Shown here in pieces: positions 36,022 to 38,476 of a stretch of DNA of 38,476 nucleotides. The notes under the pieces are model-generated. The model did no database searches. It saw only the letters and a list, made by a program, of their open reading frames with translations, and was not told the origin of the DNA. The first letter of the stretch is position 1, and every line of letters begins with the position of its first letter. The position numbers were made by a program, and so were the translations under genes. The stretch comes from Actinomycetota bacterium. GTDB taxonomy: Bacteria; Actinomycetota; Acidimicrobiia; Actinomarinales; Actinomarinaceae. The stretch covers positions 1 through 38,476 of the forward strand of contig JAQCEB010000005.1 of the NCBI GenBank assembly GCA_027729925.1, written 5' to 3'.

Positions 36022-38476
36022 ATGACCAAAAAAAATAGACTTCCTAAAATTGCAATACCTAACAGATACGAGATAAATCTTGATGTCGACATTGATAATT
36101 TTAAATATAAAGGTGACGAGGTAGTTTATCTAGAAATAGTTGAAGATACAGTTGAATTCGAACTCAACTCTGTAGGAATCGACATTCATAATGCATTCGT
36201 AGAGAACGACAACAATATGCACCATGAAGCTTCAGTAAATTACGTTAAAGAAGATGAAAAAATAATTTTAACTTTCGAAGAAACTGTGAAAGCTGGCGAC
36301 TGGAAACTTTATATTAGCTTTGATGCAGAAATTGTAGATGACTTGCGTGGATTTTATAGAAGTAGTTTCAAAGATTCAAATGGTATACAAAAGTGGATTG
36401 CAACAACACAATTTGAACCAACAGCTGCAAGAATGGCTTTTCCATGTTGGGATGAGCCTGAATATAAATCAGTATTCTCTGTATCTTTAACATCTAACTC
36501 AAATCTTGTAAGAATTAGTAATGAAAAAGTCCTAAGTGAAAATACAGAAAATGGCAAAACAACAACCAAATTTGTTGATTCCATGAGAATGTCTACCTAC
36601 CTTGTGGCATTTGTCGTTGGTGATCTTGAAATTACTGATATAGGTGAAGTTAATGGAACTTTTGTTAGAGTAGTTCACCGTCCGGGCTTTTCGAATCAAA
36701 CTGCTTTTGCTGGCCAAGCAGCAATAAAGATTTTGGAATTCTTTGAAAATTATTATGAAATAGATTATCCAGGTTCAAAACTAGATTTGATTTCAATTCC
36801 AGATTTTGCAATGGGAGCTATGGAAAATATTGGAGCAATTACATTTAGGGAGACTTTACTACTGATTGATGTAAAAAAAGCTACAAGAGCTGAGCTATCA
36901 AGATCTGTCGAGGTTATTGCGCACGAATTGGCACACATGTGGTTCGGTGACCTAGTAACAATGAAATGGTGGGATGGAATATGGCTAAATGAAGCATTTG
37001 CAAGCCTAATGGAAGTAATTGCATCAGAAGGTACCTATCCTGAATTTAAATTATGGAATGAATTAAATCTTGCTAGAACGCAAGGATTTAATGTTGATTC
37101 TCTTAAAACTTCACGACCAGTTGAGTTTGAAGTTGAAACCCCTGAGCAAGCCGAAGAAATGTTTGACGTCTTAACATATCAAAAAGGATCTACGGTATTA
37201 AGAATGTTTGAAACATTTGTTGGAGAAGAAAATTTTAGATTAGGTGTAGTTAACTACTTAAATAAATTTAAATACAAAAATACTCATTCTACGGATCTTT
37301 GGAATGAACTCTCTAAAACTAGTGATTACCGACTTGAAGAAATTTTGCCTACTTGGATACATCAAGAAGGGTACCCTATAATTTCAGTACATTTAGAAGA
37401 CAACAAAATATTTGTTTCGCAAGAAAGATTTTTAATTTCTGGTGACAGTGATGAAACAATTTGGAAAGTTCCACTAAATATTAGATATCTTGATTCAGAT
37501 TCTATAGATAAAATACTTTTTTCAGAAAAACAATCTTCATTTCAGCAAAATGGGAGTGTTCCTTTTGTAAATAATGGAGGTTGGTCGTTTTTTCATACAT
37601 CATATAGTGAGGATTTACTAAAAGAAATAATTAAAAATTTCAATCAATTAGATACAAACGAGAAGTATAGATTTTTAGAAGATGCTTGGATGAGTCTTAG
37701 AGTTGGGAAGTTATCATATGAAAACTTTTTAGAAATATTAAAACTTTACTCAAAATTCGAAGAAGTAAACACTTGGTCACTTATCTCAGGAATCATTTCG
37801 ACCCTAAATAAAATAATGCAAAATAATTCTATAAAAGAATTTACAAAAGAATTTTGTACACCTTTATTAAACAAGCTTGGGAAAGAATATGTTGAGAATA
37901 TTGAAAAAGAACTGGCACAGTTAAAATCTCAAGTTTGTAATTTATACGCAAATGTTTGTAGAGATGAAGAATTTATTAGTTACTTTTCAGATCAATTTAA
38001 GTCTGGAAAATATGAAGAATATGCAGAGGGTAGTTATTACAACTTGGTACTTTCAATTTCTTCGTTAGACAAGTCGATTTCAAGTAAGATTTATATAGAA
38101 AAGTTCAACAACTCTGAATCACCTCAACTACAAGCAAGATATCGTAATGTCCTAGGCTTAGTCGAAAACGAAGACTCTCCTGCCAATATAATAGACTCAA
38201 TTTTAAGTGAAGCAATAAGAGGTGCTGATGCTCCTTATGTCTTATCTTCACTAATTGCTAACTCAAATAATGGGCACGCTGCTTGGAAGATGATAACAAA
38301 ACATTGGAGTGAACTACTAAATATGATGCCTGAATGGACATCATCAAGAATCTTAGACTATTTGCCATCAATTTACGATAAAGAACTTGGTACTGAGATC
38401 GAAAAATTCTTACTTGCTAATCCATTACCTGCTGCTGAAAAAATAACAAAACAAAAATTGGAAAGACTTCAAGCAA
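36022..38476 (+). CDS. pepN: M1-family aminopeptidase N, running off the window end (absent from the ORF track)
   Basis: ATG at 36022 reads MTKKNRLPKIAIPNRY..., followed by TQFEP..AR.AFPCWDEP, MSTYL, AMGAMEN, HELAHMWFG...WLNEAFA and Y.KG. The frame appears open to the window edge. Confidence 0.95.
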   Translation, partial: MTKKNRLPKIAIPNRYEINLDVDIDNFKYKGDEVVYLEIVEDTVEFELNSVGIDIHNAFVENDNNMHHEASVNYVKEDEKIILTFEETVKAGDWKLYISFDAEIVDDLRGFYRSSFKDSNGIQKWIATTQFEPTAARMAFPCWDEPEYKSVFSVSLTSNSNLVRISNEKVLSENTENGKTTTKFVDSMRMSTYLVAFVVGDLEITDIGEVNGTFVRVVHRPGFSNQTAFAGQAAIKILEFFENYYEIDYPGSKLDLISIPDFAMGAMENIGAITFRETLLLIDVKKATRAELSRSVEVIAHELAHMWFGDLVTMKWWDGIWLNEAFASLMEVIASEGTYPEFKLWNELNLARTQGFNVDSLKTSRPVEFEVETPEQAEEMFDVLTYQKGSTVLRMFETFVGEENFRLGVVNYLNKFKYKNTHSTDLWNELSKTSDYRLEEILPTWIHQEGYPIISVHLEDNKIFVSQERFLISGDSDETIWKVPLNIRYLDSDSIDKILFSEKQSSFQQNGSVPFVNNGGWSFFHTSYSEDLLKEIIKNFNQLDTNEKYRFLEDAWMSLRVGKLSYENFLEILKLYSKFEEVNTWSLISGIISTLNKIMQNNSIKEFTKEFCTPLLNKLGKEYVENIEKELAQLKSQVCNLYANVCRDEEFISYFSDQFKSGKYEEYAEGSYYNLVLSISSLDKSISSKIYIEKFNNSESPQLQARYRNVLGLVENEDSPANIIDSILSEAIRGADAPYVLSSLIANSNNGHAAWKMITKHWSELLNMMPEWTSSRILDYLPSIYDKELGTEIEKFLLANPLPAAEKITKQKLERLQA

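Noticed and set aside
36354-36717. Two short minus-strand ORFs in an apparently empty region
   Set aside because: The region is occupied by pepN on the + strand, which the track missed because it has no stop within the window.

Overview
A very AT-rich, densely packed stretch of bacterial chromosome made up mostly of housekeeping genes, with tiny intergenic gaps and many overlapping genes. The gene content (PimB'-like GT4, topA with actinobacterial-type C-terminal repeats, MFS next to tmk, CYP136-like P450, SAM-I/IV riboswitch, leaderless starts) fits a streamlined low-GC marine actinobacterium such as Ca. Actinomarinales; this taxonomy is inferred. In order: metF-metE-metK operon behind a SAM-I/IV riboswitch; MFS and alkA; P450; MFS-tmk-holB-MBL hydrolase; topA; CPA2 antiporter, Na+-type membrane pyrophosphatase, tandem histidine phosphatase and GT4; MFS-leuCD; IDO-ald; Fe-S-free (6-4) photolyase; tldD, tldE-like and GDPD; sigma-70; XRE-HTH and ctaA; tRNA-Sec; a divergent GroES-like ORF with hflX and gnd; and a partial pepN missing from the ORF track. 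I see no integrase, transposase, prophage or CRISPR array. The most notable items are a 'roofless' orphan GroES-like protein, an isolated tRNA-Sec, an IDO-alanine dehydrogenase gene pair, a mosaic TopA C-terminus with an inserted double helix-extension-helix module, and a compact SAM-I/IV riboswitch with a visible switching helix.
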